Shown here: piece by piece, positions 9,710 through 19,490 of the stretch
Layout of the letters: every line of letters starts with the position of its first letter
How positions within the stretch are numbered: the first letter of the stretch is position 1
Sequence record: NC_008515.1
DNA length: 64,000 bases
Strand: one strand, 5' to 3'
From: Escherichia phage RB32
Program-made: the position numbers and the translations under genes
The notes under the pieces: generated by a model
What the model saw: only the letters and a program-made list of their open reading frames with translations
What the model was told of the DNA's origin: nothing
Database searches by the model: none

Positions 9710-9736
9710 ATTATACCACGTTTATACGTGAAGCAT
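9710..9736 (-). promoter_or_regulatory. MotA-dependent middle promoter for uvsY
   Basis: Minus strand reads TAATGCTTCA (MotA box) - 13 nt - TATAAT; the box overlaps the gene 25 stop codon. Confidence 0.55.
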
Positions 9737-10134
9737 TATACTCTATTACTAGAAGCCAATTGCAGTTTTATCTGCTCAATATCATCGGGGTTATCGATGA
9801 CCGAAAAGCGTATTTCTACTATCAGAGTATAATCATCATAAACGGGTATCACATTAACTGATAATTTATCAATACGCGGCTCATAGTTTCTTACTGCGCT
9901 TTCGATATTGCGCTCAACTGTATCAGCAGTAAGAGGAGTCATATTTTCAAAAAGCTGGTCTGATAAATCACATCCAAATTCAGGGTCAAACGGTCTTGAA
10001 CCTTTTCTTGTTGTAATAATTCCCAAAAGACTGTTTTTAATTGACCTTAATCCAAGTGATCTGGAAACATCTTTGTTCCAATCCATTTTCATTTCCGGGT
10101 CAATATCAGAATAAAGCTTATTAATATTTGCCAT
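9736..10134 (-). CDS. 25: Baseplate wedge protein gp25
   Basis: 132 aa, [35 protein letters not shown]..., matches T4 gp25. Confidence 0.95.
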   Translation of the reverse strand: MANINKLYSDIDPEMKMDWNKDVSRSLGLRSIKNSLLGIITTRKGSRPFDPEFGCDLSDQLFENMTPLTADTVERNIESAVRNYEPRIDKLSVNVIPVYDDYTLIVEIRFSVIDNPDDIEQIKLQLASSNRV

Positions 10135-10760
10135 TATAGTAACTCAAAGAACTCTTTGAGGCCTCTTATTACGTGAGCATGGGTTTTTCCACACTCTGGA
10201 CACTTAATTGGAACAGCCAAATAAACGGTAGGCTTTAAAAGCATATCTTTTATAGCTACAATATCTGACTCTGTGATGATAGAATATAAATCTTCTAGTT
10301 CCTTTTCATTTAAGTCTTCAACTGGAATGCTTTCCCCGTTAGCATGAATCGTTTCTATACATGATACTATCATGTGGGCTATATTTTTATCATCAAAAAT
10401 TTTAGGGTATCGGAATTTAATTTTAATGTCACCCAGTGTATACCAGAGGTCTTCTGGTGCATCTATTTGTGTGTGTAATAGATTTATATGGGTTGGTATT
10501 TCAGTTCCACAGGTGCACTTCCAGGAGTTTTCGTGATTAACTTCGCCGAGAGAATGTGCCCATAAATGAATCAACAATAGTTCTGATTCTTGGCGGTTTA
10601 AATCTTTTGCATTTGTGCAGTCTTTGATTAGCTTTTTAACAATTACTTCTACAGAACCATTATTTTTGGCAGTAATAAGTTCTAGATATTCTTTAAGCGT
10701 GAATGCGCGACAATTGATTATTTTAGAACCAACTCTCACATCAAATTTGTATTCATACAT
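10134..10760 (-). CDS. 26: Baseplate hub protein gp26
   Basis: 208 aa ORF overlapping the gene 25 start by 1 nt, T4 gene order. Confidence 0.9.
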   Translation of the reverse strand: MYEYKFDVRVGSKIINCRAFTLKEYLELITAKNNGSVEVIVKKLIKDCTNAKDLNRQESELLLIHLWAHSLGEVNHENSWKCTCGTEIPTHINLLHTQIDAPEDLWYTLGDIKIKFRYPKIFDDKNIAHMIVSCIETIHANGESIPVEDLNEKELEDLYSIITESDIVAIKDMLLKPTVYLAVPIKCPECGKTHAHVIRGLKEFFELL

Positions 10761-10781
10761 ATTTAGCTCCTTTATTTATCA

Positions 10782-10789
10782 TATTTATA
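10782..10789 (-). promoter_or_regulatory. Late promoter TATAAATA (minus strand) for gene 26
   Basis: Plus-strand TATTTATA is TATAAATA on the minus strand, 22 nt upstream of the gene 26 ATG. Confidence 0.5.
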
Positions 10790-10793
10790 AATA
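10786..10793 (+). promoter_or_regulatory. Late promoter TATAAATA (plus strand) for gene 51
   Basis: Exact TATAAATA 18 nt upstream of the gene 51 ATG; overlaps the divergent gene 26 promoter. Confidence 0.6.
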
Positions 10794-10810
10794 GAATAAA
10801 AGGAGCATCT

Positions 10811-11560
10811 ATGGCAAACATTATTCGTTGTAAATTACCAGATGGTGTTCATCGTTTTAAACCATTTACGGTAGAAGATTATCGAGATTTTTTGTTAGTT
10901 CGAAACGATATAGAACATCGGTCACCACAAGAACAAAAAGAAATAATTACTGATTTAATTGATGATTATTTTGGAGACTATCCGAAGACTTGGCAACCAT
11001 TTATATTTTTGCAGGTATTTGTAGGGTCAATAGGTAAAACAAAAGTACCAGTCACATTCGTATGTCCAAAATGTAAAAAAGAAAAGACAGTTCCATTTGA
11101 AATATATCAAAAAGAATTAAAGGAACCTGTTTTTGATGTAGCTAATGTTAAAATTAAATTAAAGTTTCCTTCTGAGTTTTATGAAAATAAAGCAAAGATG
11201 ATTACTGAAAATATTCATTCTGTTCAAGTAGATGAAATATGGTATGATTGGAAGGAAATTAGCGAATCAAGTCAAATAGAACTTGTTGACGCCATCGAGA
11301 TAGAAACATTAGAAAAAATTCTCGATTCAATGAATCCTATTAATTTAACATTGCACATGTCGTGTTGTAATAAGTATGTAAAAAAATACACTGATGTAGT
11401 AGATGTGTTTAAGCTATTAGTTAACCCAGATGAAATATTTACTTTTTATCAAATTAATCACACACTTGTAAAAAGTAATTATAGCTTAAATTCAATAATG
11501 AAAATGATTCCTGCCGAGCGCGGATTCGTATTAAAACTGATTGAGAAGGATAAACAATAA
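10811..11560 (+). CDS. 51: Baseplate hub assembly catalyst gp51
   Basis: 249 aa, same length and position as T4 gp51. Confidence 0.9.
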   Translation: MANIIRCKLPDGVHRFKPFTVEDYRDFLLVRNDIEHRSPQEQKEIITDLIDDYFGDYPKTWQPFIFLQVFVGSIGKTKVPVTFVCPKCKKEKTVPFEIYQKELKEPVFDVANVKIKLKFPSEFYENKAKMITENIHSVQVDEIWYDWKEISESSQIELVDAIEIETLEKILDSMNPINLTLHMSCCNKYVKKYTDVVDVFKLLVNPDEIFTFYQINHTLVKSNYSLNSIMKMIPAERGFVLKLIEKDKQ

Positions 11561-12735
11561 TGAGTATGTTGCAACGCCCCGGATATCCAAATCTCAGCGT
11601 TAAATTATTTGATAGCTACGACGCTTGGAGTAATAATAGATTTGTTGAATTAGCTGCTACTATTACTACATTAACTATGCGGGATTCTCTTTATGGCCGA
11701 AATGAAGGAATGCTGCAGTTTTATGATTCTAAAAACATCCATACAAAAATGGATGGAAATGAAATAATTCAGATTTCTGTAGCTAATGCAAACGATATTA
11801 ATAATGTTAAAACACGAATTTATGGATGTAAGCATTTTTCCGTGTCAGTAGATTCAAAGGGTGATAACATCATTGCTATTGAATTGGGAACTATTCATTC
11901 TATAGAAAATCTTAAATTTGGCAGACCGTTTTTCCCTGATGCAGGTGAATCTATAAAAGAAATGCTTGGCGTCATTTATCAAGACCGCACATTATTAACT
12001 CCAGCAATAAATGCTATAAATGCTTATGTTCCTGATATTCCGTGGACTAGCACATTTGAAAACTATTTGTCATATGTAAGAGAAGTTGCTCTAGCTGTAG
12101 GAAGCGACAAATTTGTATTTGTATGGCAAGACATCATGGGAGTTAACATGATGGACTATGATATGATGATAAATCAAGAACCATATCCAATGATTGTCGG
12201 TGAGCCATCTTTAATAGGTCAATTCATCCAAGAATTAAAATATCCATTAGCATATGATTTCGTTTGGTTGACTAAATCGAATCCTCACAAACGTGACCCA
12301 ATGAAAAATGCTACTATCTATGCTCATTCATTTTTAGATTCTTCATTGCCAATGATTACTACAGGAAAGGGCGAAAACTCTATTGTAGTGTCAAGATCAG
12401 GTGCTTATTCTGAAATGACTTATAGGAATGGATATGAAGAAGCTATTCGTCTTCAAACTATGGCACAATATGACGGCTATGCTAAATGTTCTACTGTCGG
12501 TAATTTTAACTTGACTCCTGGCGTTAAAATTATTTTTAATGATAGTAAAAACCAATTTAAAACAGAATTTTACGTTGATGAAGTTATCCATGAATTATCC
12601 AATAATAATTCAGTAACTCATCTATATATGTTCACTAATGCAACGAAACTGGAAACAATAGACCCAGTTAAGGTTAAAAATGAATTTAAATCTGATACTA
12701 CCACTGAAGAAAGTAGTTCTTCCAATAAGCAATAA
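11560..12735 (+). CDS. 27: Baseplate hub protein gp27
   Basis: 391 aa, same length and position as T4 gp27. Confidence 0.93.
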   Translation: MSMLQRPGYPNLSVKLFDSYDAWSNNRFVELAATITTLTMRDSLYGRNEGMLQFYDSKNIHTKMDGNEIIQISVANANDINNVKTRIYGCKHFSVSVDSKGDNIIAIELGTIHSIENLKFGRPFFPDAGESIKEMLGVIYQDRTLLTPAINAINAYVPDIPWTSTFENYLSYVREVALAVGSDKFVFVWQDIMGVNMMDYDMMINQEPYPMIVGEPSLIGQFIQELKYPLAYDFVWLTKSNPHKRDPMKNATIYAHSFLDSSLPMITTGKGENSIVVSRSGAYSEMTYRNGYEEAIRLQTMAQYDGYAKCSTVGNFNLTPGVKIIFNDSKNQFKTEFYVDEVIHELSNNNSVTHLYMFTNATKLETIDPVKVKNEFKSDTTTEESSSSNKQ

Positions 12736-13213
12736 AGAAGTTTCTATTCCTAAAATGGGTCTTAAACATTATAATATTTTAAAAGATGTTAAAGGTCCTG
12801 ATGAAAATTTAAAACTTCTTATTGATTCTATTTGTCCGAATTTATCACCGGCAGAAGTTGATTTCGTTTCCATTCATTTATTGGAATTTAATGGAAAGAT
12901 TAAATCTCGTAAAGAAATAGATGGATATACTTATGACATAAATGATGTTTATGTATGCCAAAGATTAGAGTTTCAATACCAAGGAAATACATTTTATTTT
13001 AGACCTCCTGGAAAATTTGAACAATTTTTAACTGTGAGTGATATGTTATCCAAATGCTTGCTTAAGGTCAATGATGAAGTTAAAGAAATTAATTTTCTTG
13101 AGATGCCAGCATTCGTTTTAAAATGGGCAAATGATATTTTTACAACTTTAGCAATTCCTGGCCCTAATGGTCCAATAACTGGAATTGGCAATATTATTGG
13201 ATTATTTGAATGA
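12680..13213 (+). CDS. 28: Baseplate hub distal protein gp28
   Basis: 177 aa; start overlaps the 3' end of gene 27 as in T4. Confidence 0.88.
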   Translation: MNLNLILPLKKVVLPISNKEVSIPKMGLKHYNILKDVKGPDENLKLLIDSICPNLSPAEVDFVSIHLLEFNGKIKSRKEIDGYTYDINDVYVCQRLEFQYQGNTFYFRPPGKFEQFLTVSDMLSKCLLKVNDEVKEINFLEMPAFVLKWANDIFTTLAIPGPNGPITGIGNIIGLFE

Positions 13214-14982
13214 AAAAGCCACAAGAAATGCAAACGATGCGTAGAAAAGTTATTTCAGATAATAAACCAACACAGGAAGCGGCTAAATCCGCTTCCAACA
13301 CTTTATCTGGGCTTAATGACATTTCTACAAAATTGGATGATGCTCAAGCTGCTTCTGAATTAATTGCTCAAACTGTCGAAGAAAAATCGAATGAAATAAT
13401 TGGAGCAATTGACAATGTAGAAAGTGCAGTGAGTGATACTACTGCTGGTTCTGAATTAATTGCTGAAACTGTTGAAATTGGCAACAATATTAATAAAGAA
13501 ATCGGTGAATCACTCGGGAGCAAATTAGATAAATTAACAAGTTTACTAGAGCAAAAAATTCAGACAGCTGGAATTCAACAGACTGGGACTAGTTTAGCTA
13601 CAGTTGAAAGCGCTATTCCTGTTAAAGTCGTTGAGGATGATACTGCTGAATCTGTGGGTCCTTTATTACCGGCTCCCGAAGCAGTTAATAATGATCCTGA
13701 CGCTGATTTTTTCCCTGCCCCTCAGCCAGTTGAGCCAAAGCAAGAATCACCAGAAGAAAAACAGAAAAAAGAAGCATTTAACTTAAAATTATCTCAAGCT
13801 TTAGATAAATTAACAAAGACTGTTGATTTTGGATTTAAGAAATCCATTTCAATTAGTGATAAAATATCAAGCATGTTATTTAAGTACACCATCAGTGCTG
13901 CTATTGAAGCTGCTAAAATGACTGCAATGATATTGGCTGTTGTTGTTGGAATAGACCTGTTGATGGTTCATTTTAAATACTGGTCAGATAAATTTTCAAA
14001 AGCCTGGGATTTATTTAATACTGACTTTACTAAATTCTCTAGCGAAACCGGAACATGGGGTCCTTTATTACAGAGCATCTTTGATTCTATTGATGAAATT
14101 AAAAAGTTCTGGGAAGCGGGAGATTGGGGTGGATTGACAGTAGCTATTGTAGAAGGGCTTGGAAAGGTTCTTTATAATTTAGGAGAACTTATTCAGCTTG
14201 GAATGGCTAAATTATCTGCGGCAATTCTTCGAGTCATTCCTGGCATGAAGGATACCGCTGATGAAGTAGAAGGAAGAGCACTAGAAAATTTCCAAAATAC
14301 TACAAATGCTTCTCTTAGCAAAGAAGACCAAGAAAAAGTTGCAAATTATCAATATAAAAGAATGAATGGAGACCTTGGTCCGATAGCAAAAGGGTTAGAC
14401 AAAATTGCGAACTGGAAAACTCGTGCATCTAACTGGATTCGTGGCGTTGATAATAAAGAAGCACTAACGACTGATGAAGAGAGAGCAGAGGAAGAAGAAA
14501 AATTAAAGCAACTTTCTCCGGAGGAAGCTAAAATTGCTTTAATGAAAGCTAATGAAGCTCGTGCTGCTATGAATCGTTTTGATCAATACGCCGATTCAGC
14601 TGATATGAGTAAAGACTCAACAGTTAAATCAGTTGAAGCTGCCTATGAAGACCTTAAAAAACGGATGGATGACCCGGATTTAAATAATTCACCGGCAGTT
14701 AAAAAAGAACTTGCTGCTAGATTTTCTAAAATTGATGCTACATATCAAGAGCTCAAGAAAAATCAGCCTAATGCCAAACCTGAAACTTCTGCTAAATCGC
14801 CAGAAGCAAAACAAGTCCAGGTAATAGAAAAGAACAAAGCACAGCAAGCTCCTGTTCAACAAGCATCTCCTTCAATCAATAATACTAATAATGTTATTAA
14901 GAAAAATACTGTCGTTCATAATATGACACCTGTTACGAGTACAACTGCTCCTGGTGTATTTGATGCGACTGGAGTTAATTAA
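13210..14982 (+). CDS. 29: Baseplate hub / tail length determinator gp29
   Basis: 590 aa, same length and position as T4 gp29. Confidence 0.93.
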   Translation: MKKPQEMQTMRRKVISDNKPTQEAAKSASNTLSGLNDISTKLDDAQAASELIAQTVEEKSNEIIGAIDNVESAVSDTTAGSELIAETVEIGNNINKEIGESLGSKLDKLTSLLEQKIQTAGIQQTGTSLATVESAIPVKVVEDDTAESVGPLLPAPEAVNNDPDADFFPAPQPVEPKQESPEEKQKKEAFNLKLSQALDKLTKTVDFGFKKSISISDKISSMLFKYTISAAIEAAKMTAMILAVVVGIDLLMVHFKYWSDKFSKAWDLFNTDFTKFSSETGTWGPLLQSIFDSIDEIKKFWEAGDWGGLTVAIVEGLGKVLYNLGELIQLGMAKLSAAILRVIPGMKDTADEVEGRALENFQNTTNASLSKEDQEKVANYQYKRMNGDLGPIAKGLDKIANWKTRASNWIRGVDNKEALTTDEERAEEEEKLKQLSPEEAKIALMKANEARAAMNRFDQYADSADMSKDSTVKSVEAAYEDLKKRMDDPDLNNSPAVKKELAARFSKIDATYQELKKNQPNAKPETSAKSPEAKQVQVIEKNKAQQAPVQQASPSINNTNNVIKKNTVVHNMTPVTSTTAPGVFDATGVN

Positions 14983-14990
14983 GGAATAAT

Positions 14991-16085
14991 ATGGCAATTG
15001 TTAAAGAAATAACTGCTGATTTAATTAAAAAGTCCGGTGAGAAAATTTCAGCCGGACAGAGTACTAAATCAGAAGTAGGAACTAAAACATACACTGCCCA
15101 GTTTCCAACTGGGCGTGCTAGTGGTAATGACACTACAGGGGACTTCCAGGTAACAGATCTATATAAGAATGGATTATTATTTACTGCATACAATATGTCA
15201 TCTAGGGATTCTGGAAGTCTTAGATCGATGAGATCTAACTACTCTTCTTCATCTTCGAGTATTTTACGTACAGCCAGAAACACTATTAGTAGTACAGTAT
15301 CAAAACTATCAAATGGATTAATATCAAATAATAATTCAGGAACAATAAGTAAAGCTCCTATCGCAAATATTCTTTTACCGAGATCTAAATCCGATGTTGA
15401 TACATCATCACATAGATTTAATGATGTTCAAGAAAGTCTTATCAGCAGAGGCGGAGGTACTGCTACTGGAGTGCTAAGTAATATTGCTTCAACCGCAGTA
15501 TTTGGGGCGTTGGAAAGTATAACACAAGGTATAATGGCTGATAATAATGAACAGATTTATACGACAGCCAGAAGTATGTATGGTGGTGCTGAAAATAGAA
15601 CTAAAGTGTTTACATGGGATTTGACTCCACGTTCAACAGAAGATTTAATGGCTATTATTAATATCTATCAATATTTTAACTATTTTTCTTATGGTGAAAC
15701 GGGTAAATCTCAATATGCTGCTGAAATAAAGGGGTATTTAGATGATTGGTATCGTTCTACGTTAATTGAACCTTTATCTCCGGAAGACGCAGCTAAAAAT
15801 AAAACACTATTTGAGAAAATGACATCGAGTTTAACTAACGTTCTAGTAGTTTCAAACCCGACAGTTTGGATGGTGAAAAACTTTGGTGCAACATCTAAGT
15901 TTGATGGAAAAACGGAAATATTTGGTCCATGCCAAATACAGAGCATAAGATTTGATAAAACACCTAATGGTAACTTTAACGGATTAGCTATTGCTCCAAA
16001 CCTCCCTAGTACATTTACTCTCGAGATTACTATGAGAGAAATTATCACGTTAAACCGTGCTTCTTTATATGCGGGGACTTTTTAA
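14991..16085 (+). CDS. 48: Baseplate tail-tube cap gp48
   Basis: 364 aa, same length and position as T4 gp48. Confidence 0.92.
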   Translation: MAIVKEITADLIKKSGEKISAGQSTKSEVGTKTYTAQFPTGRASGNDTTGDFQVTDLYKNGLLFTAYNMSSRDSGSLRSMRSNYSSSSSSILRTARNTISSTVSKLSNGLISNNNSGTISKAPIANILLPRSKSDVDTSSHRFNDVQESLISRGGGTATGVLSNIASTAVFGALESITQGIMADNNEQIYTTARSMYGGAENRTKVFTWDLTPRSTEDLMAIINIYQYFNYFSYGETGKSQYAAEIKGYLDDWYRSTLIEPLSPEDAAKNKTLFEKMTSSLTNVLVVSNPTVWMVKNFGATSKFDGKTEIFGPCQIQSIRFDKTPNGNFNGLAIAPNLPSTFTLEITMREIITLNRASLYAGTF

Positions 16086-17050
16086 TGTATTCTTTAGAGG
16101 AATTTAATAATCAAGCAATAAACGCAGATTTCCAACGTAATAATATGTTTAGCTGCGTTTTTGCAACAACTCCATCAACTAAAAGCTCTTCGTTGATAAG
16201 TTCAATTAGCAACTTTTCTTATAATAACTTGGGCCTAAATTCAGATTGGTTAGGATTAACCCAAGGTGATATTAATCAGGGAATTACCACGCTAATTACA
16301 GCTGGCACACAAAAACTGATAAGAAAATCAGGGGTTAGTAAATATCTTATTGGTGCCATGAGTCAACGTACAGTTCAAAGTTTATTAGGCTCATTTACAG
16401 TTGGTACATATTTAATTGACTTCTTTAACATGGCATATAACTCATCTGGATTGATGATATATTCCGTAAAAATGCCAGAGAATAGATTATCCTATGAAAC
16501 TGACTGGAACTATAATTCTCCTAATATTCGTATAACTGGGAGAGAATTAGACCCTTTGGTTATTTCATTTAGAATGGATTCAGAAGCTTGTAACTATCGT
16601 GCAATGCAAGACTGGGTTAACTCTGTTCAAGACCCAGTAACTGGATTACGTGCTTTGCCACAAGATGTCGAGGCAGATATTCAGGTTAATCTTCATTCTC
16701 GTAATGGATTGCCTCATACTGCGGTGATGTTCACCGGATGCATTCCAGTGTCAGTGAGCGCTCCTGAGTTATCATATGATGGAGATAACCAAATAACTAC
16801 ATTTGATGTTACTTTTGCGTATAGAGTCATGCAGGCTGGAGCAGTTGATAGACAAGCTGCGCTTGAATGGCTTGAATCTGCTGCTATAAATGGTATTCAA
16901 AGCGTTCTCGGAAATAGTGGAGGTGTTACTGGACTATCTAATTCGCTTTCACGACTCAGTAGATTAGGGGGAACTGCAGGAAGCATTTCAAACATTAATA
17001 CTATGACAGGAATTGTCAATTCGCAAAGTAAAATATTAGGAGCAATATAA
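16085..17050 (+). CDS. 54: Baseplate tail-tube initiator gp54
   Basis: 321 aa, T4 gp54 position and approximate length. Confidence 0.92.
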   Translation: MYSLEEFNNQAINADFQRNNMFSCVFATTPSTKSSSLISSISNFSYNNLGLNSDWLGLTQGDINQGITTLITAGTQKLIRKSGVSKYLIGAMSQRTVQSLLGSFTVGTYLIDFFNMAYNSSGLMIYSVKMPENRLSYETDWNYNSPNIRITGRELDPLVISFRMDSEACNYRAMQDWVNSVQDPVTGLRALPQDVEADIQVNLHSRNGLPHTAVMFTGCIPVSVSAPELSYDGDNQITTFDVTFAYRVMQAGAVDRQAALEWLESAAINGIQSVLGNSGGVTGLSNSLSRLSRLGGTAGSISNINTMTGIVNSQSKILGAI

Positions 17051-17054
17051 CAAT

Positions 17055-17072
17055 GGGGACCTTTCGGTCCCC
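17055..17072. terminator. Stem-loop GGGGACC-tttc-GGTCCCC after gene 54
   Basis: Perfect 7-bp hairpin followed by atatttttattt on the plus strand; also downstream of the minus-strand 96-aa ORF. Confidence 0.55.
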
Positions 17073-17078
17073 ATATTT

Positions 17079-17369
17079 TTATTTACGGAATGAAATGAAA
17101 GCAGCAACTGAAGCAACTAAACTGTCTTCAATATAAACTTCAATTTTTACCGGAGCTTCTGACTCGAATTTACCTGTTACTACACCCTGAAAAATACTTT
17201 CAGTCTGTTCTGGCTTTGAAAAATTTTCAGAAGGAAAAATTCCGAACTTTTTATCTGTTCCAAAAATTTTAATAAATTCATCGTAAACTGCTTCATTAAA
17301 AGCATTATCAGCAGGAATAACGCCTTCAACTACAAGTTCTTGACCTAAAAAGCGTAAAGAAGATTTCAT
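17079..17369 (-). CDS. Hypothetical protein, 96 aa (position of T4 alt.-3)
   Basis: ORF preceded by its own early promoter, leader and SD (the 54-bp element at 17377..17430). Confidence 0.6.
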   Translation of the reverse strand: MKSSLRFLGQELVVEGVIPADNAFNEAVYDEFIKIFGTDKKFGIFPSENFSKPEQTESIFQGVVTGKFESEAPVKIEVYIEDSLVASVAAFISFRK

Positions 17370-17376
17370 TTTGTGT

Positions 17377-17430
17377 TCCTCATGTTATGTCAGTAAGACT
17401 ACTATAACACAACACGAGGGACTTGTAAAC
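17377..17430 (-). repeat. 54-bp element, copy 1: early promoter (GTTTAC-N18-TATAGT) + leader + GAGGA SD
   Basis: Identical base-for-base to 32743..32796; sits between the Alt-paralogue stop and the 96-aa ORF start. Confidence 0.7.
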
Positions 17431-19487
17431 TACATTTTGAACTTTTTAGACATTCCGTTGATGTTAACCAAAGAAGCTAAGATTTGAGAAACTTCATTTT
17501 CCTCTTCTTTTGATTCTTCTACAAGGAATTGATTAAATCCAGTCATTGGACGAACTTCACCAGTTTCCATTAGATGGTCGCCATCATATACTGATTCCTC
17601 TAATTGTTCAGAAGGAGGAACGATTGTACCTTCGATTAGATACTTGTTATAAGCAGTTTCTTTCATAAAGTACGTACTTACTTTATTAATCTTCAGTAAA
17701 ATTCCACGCGGTAGAATAACTTCAGCTTCTGATGGAAATCCTGATAAATGACCTGGAACGATAACTTTGATTCGCTCAGCTCCTTTAATTACCATACCCA
17801 CGCTAGTTTCAGCATCTTCATTGGCATATGTAGAATGACTACCCGTATGCATTAAATCTTCTGCATCAACGGAACCTTCTCCTTCACCAGAAAATACTGC
17901 GCCGGAATCATCTAGAGCCATATAGTTTTTACCATGCTCACCGAAGATATTTGGTTTAAGCGATGTGGATACGAAGTTCTTGAAATAGAACATTTTATTT
18001 TCAATGTTATGACGCAAAGTTTTAAAGGTAACTTCTTGTCCACGATAAAGCGTAGTTCCTGGAGGAAGAACCGAACCTTTAGCGAATGCAGAATCCAACG
18101 TCTCGATGTGCTTAATGGCACGTTCCATATATTCTTCACGGGTAGAATCTGGTTTACCCAAAAGGAACGAGTTCATTTCAACATATGAATCTGCACAATA
18201 ATCTTCAATTACATCAGATTCAGCTTGAGTTAATCCTTTTGGAGTTACTTCGGTGCTTGCGTATTCATATGCCTGAGCGGCAGATTCATTAATCAATTTA
18301 TAAATGCCATTCATTACAAATTGAATAATAGCTGTCTTTTCATCTGGCGTAGCTTTAGAACCTTTAACCAAATCATTGATAATTTTCTTAATAACATCAA
18401 AGCTATTAGAAATATTAATATCAGCAAGATCGCTTAAAATTTTATCAGTTTTATAATCAAAGAATTCTTTATTCTTTAAATATTCTTGAGAACCTTGATA
18501 TGTTATATCGCTCTGCAACTTGATGGATGGATCACGTAAACGTGCATGGGCTAATGCAATATGATTTCGGAAGTTTTCTAGTTCATAATCGCTAGATTTA
18601 AAACGAGAAGCACTCCTCATACCACCGATAGCTCCTTTGCTGAAGTTTGAACCAATCTGAATAACGCCAGAGTTCATTGGTCCTTCTGCTTTATATACCG
18701 GAACTTTAGATTCAAACTCTTGATATTTCTTAGCAGCGAAGCTATCACCCTGAAGTGAAGCATCAACAGTAGAATATTGAGCTTGTGCTGCTAATCGACG
18801 ACTAATTTTAGTTTTCTGAATAACAGCTTGGTCCGTGCGCTTATCATTTTCTAAAGCAATAGAAGCAGCAACAGCGACAGCTTTAGGAACAGCATTACCT
18901 GTTTTAACGTCTACATAAACATCACCAACCTTTGATTCAACTTTTGTGAATAACTCAGTTGAAATAGGAGGTACACCTGGAATGTCTTCTAAATTGGCAT
19001 TTTTACGGTAAACCATAATATATGCATACTTTTTATCATAGTCCCAGATTTCCTTTAAAAGAACATATCGACCTGCTCCTTTAGTACGTACTAAACGGTC
19101 AGCAATAACTTGCATTTGACGAGCAGCGCCATTTGTTTTACTTTTTAGTACGCGGAATAGGCATGCGTCAATTTTATACTGCTTCATTGTTTGAAGAGCA
19201 GTATCAAAAACAGCATTAATGACACCAATTGGATTTCCACCCAAGTTTCTAAGCTTAACCAGCGATAATTTCTCGTTGACACCTATCATTACGATATGCA
19301 TCATTTTATCGCCTGGCTTAACGTTTTTATTCGTATCACCACCAGAGGTGTATGTACAAAATCTAAATCCAGGAAGCACGCTTTCTTCGCCGGCTTGAAT
19401 AGCAAAAATTTGTGGTATTTTATGCTTAGGATTTAAGTTAACAACCGGCGCCGAAGCGCCGTCAAATAATTCTGTAATAAGTTCCAT
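17430..19487 (-). CDS. Alt-family ADP-ribosyltransferase, second paralogue (685 aa)
   Basis: N-terminus MELITELFD... parallels Alt; C-terminal half carries LYRGQ, FVSTSL and SEAEV (R / STS / E-x-E ART-type motifs); start 3 nt after the alt stop with SD AAGGA. Confidence 0.85.
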   Translation of the reverse strand: MELITELFDGASAPVVNLNPKHKIPQIFAIQAGEESVLPGFRFCTYTSGGDTNKNVKPGDKMMHIVMIGVNEKLSLVKLRNLGGNPIGVINAVFDTALQTMKQYKIDACLFRVLKSKTNGAARQMQVIADRLVRTKGAGRYVLLKEIWDYDKKYAYIMVYRKNANLEDIPGVPPISTELFTKVESKVGDVYVDVKTGNAVPKAVAVAASIALENDKRTDQAVIQKTKISRRLAAQAQYSTVDASLQGDSFAAKKYQEFESKVPVYKAEGPMNSGVIQIGSNFSKGAIGGMRSASRFKSSDYELENFRNHIALAHARLRDPSIKLQSDITYQGSQEYLKNKEFFDYKTDKILSDLADINISNSFDVIKKIINDLVKGSKATPDEKTAIIQFVMNGIYKLINESAAQAYEYASTEVTPKGLTQAESDVIEDYCADSYVEMNSFLLGKPDSTREEYMERAIKHIETLDSAFAKGSVLPPGTTLYRGQEVTFKTLRHNIENKMFYFKNFVSTSLKPNIFGEHGKNYMALDDSGAVFSGEGEGSVDAEDLMHTGSHSTYANEDAETSVGMVIKGAERIKVIVPGHLSGFPSEAEVILPRGILLKINKVSTYFMKETAYNKYLIEGTIVPPSEQLEESVYDGDHLMETGEVRPMTGFNQFLVEESKEEENEVSQILASLVNINGMSKKFKM

Positions 19488-19490
19488 GAT

